Positions 49,844-60,596 of a DNA stretch of 64,000 nt are shown piece by piece; position 1 is the first letter of the stretch; each line of letters opens with the position of its first letter. The position numbers were made by a program, and so were the translations under genes. Under the pieces are notes generated by a model. It was given only the letters and a program-made list of their open reading frames with translations, was not told the DNA's origin and made no database searches. Source of the DNA: a virus (lineage: Duplodnaviria; Caudoviricetes). The DNA lies in the IMG/VR virus record IMGVR_UViG_3300032235_000808, positions 16,717-80,716 of that record, one strand, 5' to 3'.

Positions 49844-52800
49844 TTACATTGTAAATATGTCTCCATATGTTTGACTACAACCGTTATTATCGGTAACTTT
49901 AACATAATAGTATCCAGGTGCAATACTATTAAATGTCACATTTGATGCGTCATATAATGTGTCAACCAAACTACCTCCGCCAATTTCATATGGTGCCGCA
50001 TAATCTCTATATAATTCAAAAGTTTTAGAACCCGAAGCTCCACCTGAAACAGACGCGTATATTTGGTCAAATGCAGTTTTTTGTGCAAATAATCCAAGAG
50101 CTGTTGGTTGTGTTACTGTTACGTTAAAAGTGACCTCTCTAAGAGCTGAATCTCTGACGTAGACAATATAATTACCTGCAGGTAAGTTAGAATAATTAGT
50201 TGACGATGTCCAATTTGAGTATGTTGTATAAACGCTATTTAATTTTGTTTGATAAGTTCCACCAAAACCACCGCTTATACCAGTTACCACTATCGAACCA
50301 TTTGACCCACCGTTACAAGATACGTTTGTTACTGTATTTGTTGCCACAATTGCTGCCGGTGTTCTTGTCATAGTTGGTGTTGGCGTTGGCGTTTTTGTTG
50401 ATGTACTTGTTGGTGTTTGTGATGGGGTAACATAACAATTAATTGTTACAAAATAAGTCGTTGATACGTTACCAAAAGTATCTCTTGCTTTTAAATAATA
50501 AAGTCCATCATTTAAACTACTAAATAGGTAAGGCGAACTATTGTATGAAAACCAAGACCCGCCATCATCAATTGTTAATTCATACGTTCCACCATTTCCA
50601 CCTGTTACTGAATTAACTGAAATTATACCAGATGTATTTGTTGTTCCAGCACAACTTGTTGTATATGATACGTTGATTGCTGGATATGTTGATGTATCAT
50701 TTATAGTTACAACACTTGATGTTGCAACAATACTTCCGCTAACACTACCTGTTCTAACGTACACAAAGAATGTTTCAGAACCTTCGGTTACTTGGTCCGC
50801 AGTAATTGAAACACTAAAACTACCCGTGTTACTATTAATTGTAAAGCTACCACTTGTTGAACCAAAATCAATAGACGATGATGAACCGTTAGTGTTTATT
50901 GTCCAATAAAGTGTAGTTCCATTTCCAACACGAGAAGTATTAACGTTAAATGTTAATGAAGAACCCTCATTAATATTTGAAAATGCCGGTGCCACAGAGT
51001 ATGTTGGTAACGGTGTTGATGTTGGTGTAATCGATGGTGTTTTTGTTTGTGTGGGTGTAATTGTACTAGTTGGGGTGTTACTTGGTGTTTTTGTTTGTGT
51101 TGGCGTAATTGTATTAGTTGGTGTGATAGTATTTGTAGGAGTGTTACTTGGCGTCTTTGTTTGTGTAGGTGTAATTGTTTGTGTAGGCGTAATTGTATTA
51201 GTAGGAGTGTTAGATGGTGTCTTTGTTTGTGTAGGCGTAATTGTTTGTGTAGGCGTAATTGTATTAGTAGGAGTGTTAGATGGTGTCTTTGTTTGTGTAG
51301 GCGTAATTGTATTAGTTGGCGTTACAGTATTAGTAGGAGTATTAGACGGTGTCTTTGTTTGTGTTGGTGTTATTGTATTAGTTGGCGTTACAGTATTAGT
51401 AGGAGTATTAGATGGTGTTTTTGTTTGTGTAGGTGTAATTGTTTGTGTTGGAGTCACACTTGGTGTTGGTGTATTAGTTGGTGTTATAGTATTAGTCGGT
51501 GTTATAGTGTTAGTTGGAGTTACACTTGGTGTAATTGTTTGTGTTGGAGTAATTGTTTGTGTAGGTGTTGTGGTTGGTGTAGGTGAAATACATGGTGCAG
51601 TTGCGGTAATTTGAGCATTACCACTAACATTAGTGATTGTTAATACATCACCACTACCATCCCCTTTTCTAATATAGAATGTAGAAACTCCTGTAGTACC
51701 TAAAGTTGTGTTTAATTCTGCTATAGTCCATGTGTCAGTTCCATTTGGTGATTGATATAAAACTTCATTTAATTCCAATGGTTGGTCAGCATCATAAATT
51801 AAAATTTGTGTACTTGGTGAATAACAAATAGAATAAGAATCGGTTGAGATATAATAATATACTCCGTCTAATGGATTAGATGTAGATGGTGTTACTGTAG
51901 CGGTTGGGGTAACTGTACTTGTTGGTGTAATAGTATTAGTTGGTGTGATAGTATTTGTTGGCGTGTTACTTGGTGTTTTTGTTTGTGTTGGTGTTATAGT
52001 TTTTGTTGGTGTAATTGTTTGTGTAGGCGTAATTGTATTAGTTGGGGTAATAGTATTAGTTGGTGTAATAGTATTTGTAGGTGTCTGTGTTGGTGTTGGT
52101 GTTGTAGTATTAGTAGGTGTGGTTGTATTTGTAGGTGTAACTGTTGATGTTGGAGTATTGGTTGGGTATGGTGTAGTTGCAACAGTAGATTCCGCAGTAA
52201 TAACAAACGATTCACCCTCATTAAGTGTTAAACCAGTTGCATTTGGTAAGTCGGTAGGATTATATGGATTAACTGCGCTATATTCATAAACTGTAGTTAA
52301 TGTGTTACCACTATCCGCAACTTGTACTTTTAAGTATAATTGTGAGCTATCTGTGTTTCCTGTCCATCCAATATCAAATGTTTCACCAACAAAGTCCGTA
52401 ATACTATATTTAAACGCTCCCGTTGTTGAGTTGAACTTAAATATGTCAGTTGCATTAGCAAAAATTGCCAACGTATTTGCATTTGTGTCTACTGTAACCG
52501 AACCTTGTAATGCACTACATTGAGGGAATTGCTCGTAGAACGACATATTGTTACTGAAAACAGAACCAAGATTTGTTGCTATTGTATTACCCGATATATC
52601 ATATAAATCAAGATAAATTGTTGTATGTGTTGTTAATGGATTTTCTGCGTCATAATTATCGGTATCTGGTCTAAACTCAAAATATGCGTTTTCTGGGTCA
52701 TCGGCATTAAACAAGTAAAGTACATCATCGTAGCTATTTACACAACTACCAGAGTAGTACGAACCTAAAGGTATTGGGAACTCGTTGTCAATATTAATAT

Positions 52801-55396
52801 CACCTCTAATAGTTGTTCCACCACTTGGGTCTAAGTATCCAACTACACAATTAACTGACAATCCAATGTATGCCGCAACATCTATAGTTGTACATCCCGT
52901 ATTAACTATGTTAAATGTACTACCACTATATGTTACAGTGGCACAGTTTTCAAATGTTCCGTATTCTGTTGGTGTTACATAATATGTAAATGTTGCAAAT
53001 TGTTTTGTTAAGTTATATGCGGAATATAGTGAACCATAAGGACCCGGGTCAGAAATTGGTACATATTCAGTTGTCAATAGACTAAATGGTGGGTGGGTTG
53101 AATCATCACAATTATTTGGTAAAAAACTATTACCCGCATATAATCCAAGTCTAGAATTTAATTTAATAGTAAAATTATCTGTTGTTTGGTTCCATTCAAG
53201 AATTTCATAACTTGAATCCAACATAAATGAAGAATTGGTATATACTAAACCATTTGGACCAGTGGAATTCGATAATTCCAAGAAATCAGGTAAGGTATCT
53301 TTAATTATAACATATGAACTTGGTGGTAATGCTCTATCGGATGATATTGAAAGTTCAAAACGAGCAGAAAAATCTTTAATTGGTAAATCTATTAATGTTT
53401 TAGTAATTGTAAGTTCCGGTGTATCAATAGTATAAGTTAATGTATCAGTTGTTGTCACATTACCATACTTAACAGTTGCAACATTATTGTATTCACCAAA
53501 AATTTTATGTCTGACAGTAAAACCTAAAGTGTAATTATCGAGATTAGAAATTCTTTGGTGTAAAGCATATTCTATTGTATTTCCTGTACAAGTAATACCG
53601 GCAACTGTATTATTTCCACCACCATTTGTACCATCACAACCTTGATACCAATATGATACGTCGGTACCAAATATTCCTAAAAATTCTTGACCGATTAACT
53701 CGTCATTATATTTTATGTAATTAAACTCGATTAACTCATATATGTCAGTATCAATAATATTTTTTAATATTACATCACAATATGTTTGTCCTGTTGAACC
53801 TGCAGCTAACTTTACGTCAACTTCAATAATATTTTCAGTATTATAATCATACGCTCTTCTTTCAATTAAAGTATCAACAACCGAATACGGTAATGTTGAA
53901 CCTGAACAGAAGTCAATTAAATGTGAAATAGGTACAACAGTTTGTGTAATATCAAATGTAAGTGGTGTTAAGTCGGATGTATGTGAACCACTATAATTTG
54001 TACCTAAATTAGTTGCGGTAGCTGTTAATGTTACACTATCCCATGTTTGTGGTTTTACAACAAATCCAAGAGTATAAGTGTGTCCATCACCAATTGGTTT
54101 ACGTAGTGTATATCTTATGGTGTTAAGTGTACAACCACCGGTTGTTCGTCTTCCATCACAACCATTTGTCTCATCATAATAATCATCAACAGGATAATCG
54201 ATAAAATTTCCATCATATAAAATATATTGGAATGGGTCTCTATCATTTGGTAAAACATAACCACTTGGTATTGTTAATGTTAGAGTTGTGTTACCAACAG
54301 TACATGATTCATTACCGCTAATGACAACTTCCATTATACTTTCTTTACAATATTCTAATGTTGACGAAGTATAACCCGTTACCAAATCATTATCATAATC
54401 ATAGTAAAAATATTTGTCAGTTGGGTAAACAGTAGTAGTTAAGGCCGGCTGGTCGAATGTTAACGTATCCGAATCCGAAACTATTTGTGACCCGTACTGT
54501 GCGGTACCTGTAACTGTAATTGCTCCATATGTATTTGGTAACACATTAAATCCTACTGTGTAATAATGACCTCTACCAATTTCTTTATATAGTTCAAGTT
54601 TTATAGTACCATACGTACATCCAAAACTTGTACCACTTATAATACCGTTACAACCATCATACCAATCGGTTACCGGTGGTCCAAAAATTCCACCACCAAC
54701 AGCTTGTCCATCATAGTAAACATAATTATACCCCCCATGTGTATATCCACTTGGTATTGGAATTTCAATATATGTTGTACCAACAGTGTAACCTTTAGTT
54801 GTTGTTATGTCAAATGTATACATAAATTGTTCACCACAGTAATTTACATTTGAGGTGTCAAAATTAACCGCCAATACAGGTACTTGAGTGGGTGTCATTG
54901 TAGGTGTTAATGTCTTGGTTGGTGTTACTGTTGGTGTAATAGTTTTGGTTGGTGTAATAGTGTTTGTTGGTGTAATTGTATTAGTTGGGGTGATAGTTGG
55001 TGTAATAGTGTTTGTTGGTGTAATTGATGGGGTAATGGTATTTGTTGGTGTGTTAGTTGGAGTATCGGTAATAGTTGGTGTAATTGATGGTGTAACCGTA
55101 TTTGATGGCGTGATGGATGGTGTGATAGTAAATGTGGGCGTTGTGGTTGGCGTAGGGGTATTAAATAACAATGTTTCGGAACTATTACAACCTATATTAA
55201 ATATTATAATTGATGTTGTATTATCAGGTACGGAAATACTAATTCCCGTTGAAACCGTTTCATAATTTAAATTTTCTGCAGGTGTATTTGATGAAATTAA
55301 AAGGGCGATGTTATTTGACCCAATAGAATCATAATAAACGGTATACGGTCCGACTGATGCTCCTGAAGTTAATTTTATGTTATAATATAATGCCAT
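49844..55396 (-). CDS. Giant adhesin-like virion protein: DUF11-like repeats, Thr-Pro stalks, Calx-beta-like domain, SprB-like repeats
   Basis: LTITKT..VIIKDTLP; INEGSSLTF...ADQVTEGSETF; VSCNGGSNGSI...NLPAGNYIVYVRD; YYVKVTDNNGC. Confidence 0.75.
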   Translation of the reverse strand: MALYYNIKLTSGASVGPYTVYYDSIGSNNIALLISSNTPAENLNYETVSTGISISVPDNTTSIIIFNIGCNSSETLLFNTPTPTTTPTFTITPSITPSNTVTPSITPTITDTPTNTPTNTITPSITPTNTITPTITPTNTITPTNTITPTKTITPTVTPTKTLTPTMTPTQVPVLAVNFDTSNVNYCGEQFMYTFDITTTKGYTVGTTYIEIPIPSGYTHGGYNYVYYDGQAVGGGIFGPPVTDWYDGCNGIISGTSFGCTYGTIKLELYKEIGRGHYYTVGFNVLPNTYGAITVTGTAQYGSQIVSDSDTLTFDQPALTTTVYPTDKYFYYDYDNDLVTGYTSSTLEYCKESIMEVVISGNESCTVGNTTLTLTIPSGYVLPNDRDPFQYILYDGNFIDYPVDDYYDETNGCDGRRTTGGCTLNTIRYTLRKPIGDGHTYTLGFVVKPQTWDSVTLTATATNLGTNYSGSHTSDLTPLTFDITQTVVPISHLIDFCSGSTLPYSVVDTLIERRAYDYNTENIIEVDVKLAAGSTGQTYCDVILKNIIDTDIYELIEFNYIKYNDELIGQEFLGIFGTDVSYWYQGCDGTNGGGNNTVAGITCTGNTIEYALHQRISNLDNYTLGFTVRHKIFGEYNNVATVKYGNVTTTDTLTYTIDTPELTITKTLIDLPIKDFSARFELSISSDRALPPSSYVIIKDTLPDFLELSNSTGPNGLVYTNSSFMLDSSYEILEWNQTTDNFTIKLNSRLGLYAGNSFLPNNCDDSTHPPFSLLTTEYVPISDPGPYGSLYSAYNLTKQFATFTYYVTPTEYGTFENCATVTYSGSTFNIVNTGCTTIDVAAYIGLSVNCVVGYLDPSGGTTIRGDINIDNEFPIPLGSYYSGSCVNSYDDVLYLFNADDPENAYFEFRPDTDNYDAENPLTTHTTIYLDLYDISGNTIATNLGSVFSNNMSFYEQFPQCSALQGSVTVDTNANTLAIFANATDIFKFNSTTGAFKYSITDFVGETFDIGWTGNTDSSQLYLKVQVADSGNTLTTVYEYSAVNPYNPTDLPNATGLTLNEGESFVITAESTVATTPYPTNTPTSTVTPTNTTTPTNTTTPTPTQTPTNTITPTNTITPTNTITPTQTITPTKTITPTQTKTPSNTPTNTITPTNTITPTSTVTPTATVTPSTSNPLDGVYYYISTDSYSICYSPSTQILIYDADQPLELNEVLYQSPNGTDTWTIAELNTTLGTTGVSTFYIRKGDGSGDVLTITNVSGNAQITATAPCISPTPTTTPTQTITPTQTITPSVTPTNTITPTNTITPTNTPTPSVTPTQTITPTQTKTPSNTPTNTVTPTNTITPTQTKTPSNTPTNTVTPTNTITPTQTKTPSNTPTNTITPTQTITPTQTKTPSNTPTNTITPTQTITPTQTKTPSNTPTNTITPTNTITPTQTKTPSNTPTSTITPTQTKTPSITPTSTPLPTYSVAPAFSNINEGSSLTFNVNTSRVGNGTTLYWTINTNGSSSSIDFGSTSGSFTINSNTGSFSVSITADQVTEGSETFFVYVRTGSVSGSIVATSSVVTINDTSTYPAINVSYTTSCAGTTNTSGIISVNSVTGGNGGTYELTIDDGGSWFSYNSSPYLFSSLNDGLYYLKARDTFGNVSTTYFVTINCYVTPSQTPTSTSTKTPTPTPTMTRTPAAIVATNTVTNVSCNGGSNGSIVVTGISGGFGGTYQTKLNSVYTTYSNWTSSTNYSNLPAGNYIVYVRDSALREVTFNVTVTQPTALGLFAQKTAFDQIYASVSGGASGSKTFELYRDYAAPYEIGGGSLVDTLYDASNVTFNSIAPGYYYVKVTDNNGCSQTYGDIFTM

Positions 55397-55401
55397 CTAT
55401 A

Positions 55402-58400
55402 TTAAATAAGGTTTGTATAAGTAAAAGTATTATTAGTTTTATTGTAAACAAATGTTGCAACTCTTTGGAAAACACCGTTCGAAGCAGTTACACGTGTAAC
55501 ATTTGATGTGTCCACTTCAACAATATCATTTGGATGTGACGTAACAGGAGCAAAATCAACTCCACCCGTGTTACTTGGTGATATATCAATTAATGAATTA
55601 ATCTTAATTCCTTTTGTAAATCTAATTCCAATATCGCCAGATGAACCATCTGTTCTTTTTCCAAATAAATCAAATTCAAAAACATTAACATTTGGGTAAT
55701 TTTGTTTTAATAATGCGATATTAATACCGAATCTATAGAATCCTGAAGTTGACTTACCAAAAGGTGATAATAAATAACTATATGATACCGGTACAACAGT
55801 TGACGGTAATCTTCTATTAGATTTAGTTGTTGATATAGAAACAAACTGATTAAATTCAGATGTTGATGATGTTGACTGTACTAACTTCATTTCAGTAACA
55901 CCTGAACTTACAAAAACATCAATTAATGCACTACCAACTGTAGTACTTGATGGTGGTTGTACTGTAATTTGGTTAATTTCAAAATTAGCCTCACAATCAA
56001 TACAGTTAAGTATACCATTATCATCTGTTAATGAGATATTAGTTTCGGTTGAATAACATGAACCGTCACACACTGAACTGTAGTTACAATTAACATATCT
56101 AATTGGGAAAAATACCACATTATTTTGATTAGTACCTGCCGCAATTGTTAATTCATAGGTGATGGTATCGGGTCCACTACTTCCAAAATCCTGTATATCA
56201 GTATAATCATATGTATATGTAAATGTAATGTCAATTGGTGCATTATATGGTGAACCATCAAGATGTTTTAATGTAATTGTATGGGTTTCAACAGTGTCAA
56301 AATATGAACCACTACATCCTTGTTGATATGTGATATCAATTGTTTCAGTGTAACACATATCAAAAAACACCTGTGTACCCGAAGGTGTAACAGTAACGGT
56401 TGGTGTTACAGTATTTGTTGGTGTTATTGACGGTGTGACCGTATTTGTTGGTGTTATTGTACTTGTTGGTGTTACAGTTGGGGTCTTAGTATTGGTAGGT
56501 GTAACAGTATTTGTTGGCGTTACTGTGTTTGTAGGTGTAATACTATTTGTTGGTGTAATAGTGTTAGTTGGTGTTACCGTATTTGTAGGTGTAATAGTGT
56601 TAGTTGGAGTTACTGTCGGTGTTTCTGTATTTGTAGGCGTAATACTATTTGTTGGTGTAATAGTGTTTGTTGGTGTAATAGTGTTAGTTGGAGTTACTGT
56701 ATTTGTAGGCGTGATTGATGCAGTTACGGTTGGTGTAACAGTACTAGTTGGTGTGGTGGTTGGTGATGAACCAGGTGATGATGTAATTGATGGTGTTGGC
56801 GTATTTGTTGGTGTGTTTGTTGGTGTTTCAGTTACAGTTGGCGTAATAGTATTAGTTGGTGTGGTTGTATTGGTTGGTGTGGTTGTATTGGTTGGTGTAA
56901 TAGTATTAGTTGGTGTACTTGTATTTGTAGGAGTAACCGTAGGTGTTTCGGTTACGGTTGGCGTAATAGTATTAGTTGGTGTGATTGTGTTTGTTGGTGT
57001 ATTTGTTGGTGTTTCGGTTACAGTTGGTGTAATAGTATTGGTTGGGGTAACCGTAGGTGTTTCGGTTGTACTTGGCGTAATTGTATTAGTTGGTGTGACA
57101 GTATTCGTAGGAGTAACCGTAGGTGTTTCGGTTACAGTTGGTGTAATAGTATTAGTTGGTGTGACAGTATTGGTAGGTGTGGTTGTATTGGTTGGGGTAA
57201 TTGTGTTTGTTGGTGTATTCGTGGGTGTTTCTGTAACACTCGGAGTAAGAGTATTTGTTGGGGTTACAGTTTGAGTAATTGTATTGGTTGGGGTCACCGT
57301 ATTTGTTGGTGTCTCGGTAACCGTTGTTGTAATTGTATTTGTTGGAGTTACAGTCGGTGTCTCGGTAACTGTTGGCGTAATTGTATTGGTTGGTGTAATA
57401 GTATTAGTAGGAGTAATAGTATTAGTAGGAGTAATAGTATTAGTAGGAGTATTTGTTGGTGTTTCAGTAATAGTAGGTGTAACACTTGGCGTAATCGTAT
57501 TGGTTGGTGTAACCGTAGGTGTTTCGGTTACAGTTGGTGTAATAGTATTAGTTGGTGTTACTGTACTTGTTGGTGTTTCAGTTGTGCTTGGTGTAATTGT
57601 ATTAGTTGGCGTTACTGTGTTTGTAGGTGTGTTTGATACGGTCACACTTGGTGTAATAGTGTTAGTTGGTGTTACCGTATTTGTAGGTGTTATCGTATTT
57701 GTAGGTGTTATAGATGAGCTTATAGCCGGTGTTACCGTATTTGTAGGTGTGTTTGTTGCAGTTACAGTTGGTGTAGGTGTTTGTGATGTTGGCGTTGGTG
57801 TTGGTGTAACACTTTTAGTTGGTGTATTTGATGGTGTGGTAGTTTTAGTTGGTGTATTTGATGGTGTAGTAGTTTTTGTAGGTGTGATACTTGGTGTAAC
57901 ACTTTTAGTTGGTGTATTTGATGGTGTGGTGGTTTTTGTTGGGGTATTCGTTGGAGTAACACTTGGTGTAATTGTTTTTGTTGGGGTTACAGTACGTGTA
58001 GGTGTAATTGTTTGTGTAATACTTGGAGTAATCGTAACTGTTGGTGTTACAGTTGGTGTAACAGTTGGCGTAGCTGTTGGTGTAGCTGTTGATGTTGCGG
58101 TTGGGGTTTGAGTTAACGCGTTTGGACAATGAAGATTAAAATTCCATAATGTTTCAGGGTCAACACTTGCGTTTACAACAATTTTTACCGTATTATCAAC
58201 GGAAGTAGTACCCGTTATCATAATACTATTAACACCCGTACCCGTATATGTTCCAATTAAATTACTTATAGGATAATAAATTTGGAAAGAATCATTAATT
58301 GTATATGCGTCGTATTCAAATATTGCCTCACCCGGATATATGTTACAATTTATAAAATAGGTTTGTCCAGCACCAGGTCCTCCATAGACAGGTACATCAC

Positions 58401-59769
58401 ACAGATAATCTCTTGTTGGTGTAACCGTTGGTGTTTGAGTTTTTGTTGGTGTATGAGTTGGTGTAACGGACTTAGTAGGAGTATGGGTTGGTGTCACACT
58501 AACTGTTGGGGTTGGTGTAGGTGTACTTGTAGGTGTTGGAGTTTGTGTGAGTGGAATAATACATCCAACCATAAACGACCACAATGTTTCAATCTCACCG
58601 TTGTCTACAGGGTTGATAACAACTTTCATCGTATCTGATGTTCCGTCAACTGTTAATGTATGTGTTGACACTCCCGCCATTGATGTAAATCCTGTTAAAT
58701 ATGTATCTACAGGATAGTAAATATCAAACGAATCTGCGATTGTACCACCAGTGAAACTAAATACCGTTGTACCAGGACTGTTACCAACATTAATGTAATT
58801 TTCTAACGGTTCAGTTGAGTAACCACCAGAGTAAAGAACATTACATTCAGTACCTTCAACAATTGGTATGATATCAATATTGATTTCAAACGCACAAAGT
58901 ATTGTAGGTGTCATTGTAGGTGTAGGTGTTTGTGTTGGCTCCATAGTCATTGTTGGAGTCATTGTTGGAGTCACACTTGGCGTTGGTGTGTTTGTTGGTC
59001 TTAATGTTCTTGTTGGTGTTGGTGTTACCGTATTTGTAGGTGTAGCTGTGGCCGTTATAGATGGAGTCACAGTATTTGTTGGTGTCATTGTAGGTGTTAG
59101 TGTTGGTGTTGGGGTAATAATATCATCACAAACAACTGTCACATCTTTAGACAAACTATTATTTGTCCAAGGTGATAATAATTTAATTGTAATAGTATAT
59201 GCACCTTCCGTATTGTAGTTTTTAACCACTTTATGGCAATCAACACCAGAACAAACACCCTCAACACCAATTGAGGAAGTAGTTCCATCTCCCCAATCTA
59301 TAGTAAAATTAATTTCACCCACAGCGGCAATACCACTTAAATTAGTTGTATTGATAACAGTAACTTTATTACAATCAATATCGTAAATAAAGTTTGCATT
59401 AATTTGATTTTGTGCTGACTCCACACCAACACCACCATCGAATGCTGACATAACACCATATTCGTCAGCGGTAGATTCTAAAAATAGTGGTAATTGTTGG
59501 TCATCGTAAATTTGAGAATTAATTTGTGAAGTTGTTCCGGTAATTAAATTCCATAAACCACTTGTTGGTTCGCCCCATTTGTAGTAACCACTACCTTCTG
59601 TACCACCTGAAATGTTATAAACGACTAAACCAACACTAACTTGACTATCAGTTAAACCAGACCAATCAATAAGATTATCATTAGCGTCATACCATGTTTG
59701 ACCAGTCAATGAGACTAGTCTAACATCAGCAATGTTTTTACGTCTAAGGGTATACTTATTTTTCTTCAT
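55402..59769 (-). CDS. Giant virion protein with PKD domain and long Thr-Pro repeat stalk
   Basis: FTIDWGDGT...YNTEGAYTITI; about 570 aa of TPTNT(I/V)/TPTVTE. Confidence 0.75.
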   Translation of the reverse strand: MKKNKYTLRRKNIADVRLVSLTGQTWYDANDNLIDWSGLTDSQVSVGLVVYNISGGTEGSGYYKWGEPTSGLWNLITGTTSQINSQIYDDQQLPLFLESTADEYGVMSAFDGGVGVESAQNQINANFIYDIDCNKVTVINTTNLSGIAAVGEINFTIDWGDGTTSSIGVEGVCSGVDCHKVVKNYNTEGAYTITIKLLSPWTNNSLSKDVTVVCDDIITPTPTLTPTMTPTNTVTPSITATATPTNTVTPTPTRTLRPTNTPTPSVTPTMTPTMTMEPTQTPTPTMTPTILCAFEINIDIIPIVEGTECNVLYSGGYSTEPLENYINVGNSPGTTVFSFTGGTIADSFDIYYPVDTYLTGFTSMAGVSTHTLTVDGTSDTMKVVINPVDNGEIETLWSFMVGCIIPLTQTPTPTSTPTPTPTVSVTPTHTPTKSVTPTHTPTKTQTPTVTPTRDYLCDVPVYGGPGAGQTYFINCNIYPGEAIFEYDAYTINDSFQIYYPISNLIGTYTGTGVNSIMITGTTSVDNTVKIVVNASVDPETLWNFNLHCPNALTQTPTATSTATPTATPTVTPTVTPTVTITPSITQTITPTRTVTPTKTITPSVTPTNTPTKTTTPSNTPTKSVTPSITPTKTTTPSNTPTKTTTPSNTPTKSVTPTPTPTSQTPTPTVTATNTPTNTVTPAISSSITPTNTITPTNTVTPTNTITPSVTVSNTPTNTVTPTNTITPSTTETPTSTVTPTNTITPTVTETPTVTPTNTITPSVTPTITETPTNTPTNTITPTNTITPTNTITPTNTITPTVTETPTVTPTNTITTTVTETPTNTVTPTNTITQTVTPTNTLTPSVTETPTNTPTNTITPTNTTTPTNTVTPTNTITPTVTETPTVTPTNTVTPTNTITPSTTETPTVTPTNTITPTVTETPTNTPTNTITPTNTITPTVTETPTVTPTNTSTPTNTITPTNTTTPTNTTTPTNTITPTVTETPTNTPTNTPTPSITSSPGSSPTTTPTSTVTPTVTASITPTNTVTPTNTITPTNTITPTNSITPTNTETPTVTPTNTITPTNTVTPTNTITPTNSITPTNTVTPTNTVTPTNTKTPTVTPTSTITPTNTVTPSITPTNTVTPTVTVTPSGTQVFFDMCYTETIDITYQQGCSGSYFDTVETHTITLKHLDGSPYNAPIDITFTYTYDYTDIQDFGSSGPDTITYELTIAAGTNQNNVVFFPIRYVNCNYSSVCDGSCYSTETNISLTDDNGILNCIDCEANFEINQITVQPPSSTTVGSALIDVFVSSGVTEMKLVQSTSSTSEFNQFVSISTTKSNRRLPSTVVPVSYSYLLSPFGKSTSGFYRFGINIALLKQNYPNVNVFEFDLFGKRTDGSSGDIGIRFTKGIKINSLIDISPSNTGGVDFAPVTSHPNDIVEVDTSNVTRVTASNGVFQRVATFVYNKTNNTFTYTNLI
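56380..58110 (-). repeat. Thr-Pro hexapeptide coding repeat (mostly 18-nt units)
   Basis: Units such as gttggtgtaatagtatta; related tracts near 16270-16400, 17450-17730, 51010-51590, 51880-52190, 54885-55160 (approximate). Confidence 0.9.
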
Positions 59770-59783
59770 CTATATTACTATAA

Positions 59784-60596
59784 CTATCGTTTTTCGTAAA
59801 ATTTAATCGCATTATCCATACCTTTTCCAACTAAATTATCTTCAGTTGTCGTTCCACCCGAATATTGATAAACTTTATATGAATAATTTGTCTTATCTAT
59901 ATCGATTTTATAGTACATGTCTCTTTCTTCGACAAGTTGTTGGTCAATTGTTAATCCGGTGGTAGTAAAATCTAAAATAGAACCGTCCAACGCATTCATG
60001 AACTTTGCAGTCATAAAAAATGTGTTACCACTTAATGTTGAATCACTTAAAACCGTATCATCTTGAAACCAAAATAGATACATGTTTTCTTTGTTTTTAT
60101 AATTCGAACCCATAAACACCGGAATATGGATATTTTCTCTAAGTGTATTATAATAAAATTTTTCACCTAAGGGTAGTGATAAATTTTTTGAAAAAACCAA
60201 TTTTCTATTTACCCTTGTTGGTGGTTCGTTATTAGGAGTCTTGAAGAATTCCAATCTAAAATAACTTTCTGAAGAAACTTTGGTCATTAAAGCATTATCT
60301 TTTGGTTTTATTCCTACCAAACTATAATCCAAACCATTTGTATATGTGTTACCTGAATCAATAAAATAAAACTTATACCAAATATCACATTGCATGTCGT
60401 CACTATTTCCTGTTAAGCCACTATATGATTTGTGGATATATCTAACTGTTTCATAATTGTCGATTGGATTAATTATTGTGGATAAAACCTCTTCTTCAAA
60501 TATATCCATACCTTCTTCCCAACCTAAATTTGTTTGAAAGTCATTTTGTTGATTGAGAATAATATTATAATCACCAGATTTTCTTAAAATTTCCAT
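59784..60596 (-). CDS. Putative virion structural protein
   Basis: 270 aa; IINPIDNYETVRY; SYFRLEFFKTP. Confidence 0.6.
   Translation of the reverse strand: MEILRKSGDYNIILNQQNDFQTNLGWEEGMDIFEEEVLSTIINPIDNYETVRYIHKSYSGLTGNSDDMQCDIWYKFYFIDSGNTYTNGLDYSLVGIKPKDNALMTKVSSESYFRLEFFKTPNNEPPTRVNRKLVFSKNLSLPLGEKFYYNTLRENIHIPVFMGSNYKNKENMYLFWFQDDTVLSDSTLSGNTFFMTAKFMNALDGSILDFTTTGLTIDQQLVEERDMYYKIDIDKTNYSYKVYQYSGGTTTEDNLVGKGMDNAIKFYEKR

Noticed and set aside
51047-59218. Plus-strand Val/Gly-rich ORFs (VGVIVLVGV...) and Cys-rich ORFs
   Set aside because: Antisense shadows of the Thr-Pro repeats; the same applies at 17519-17902
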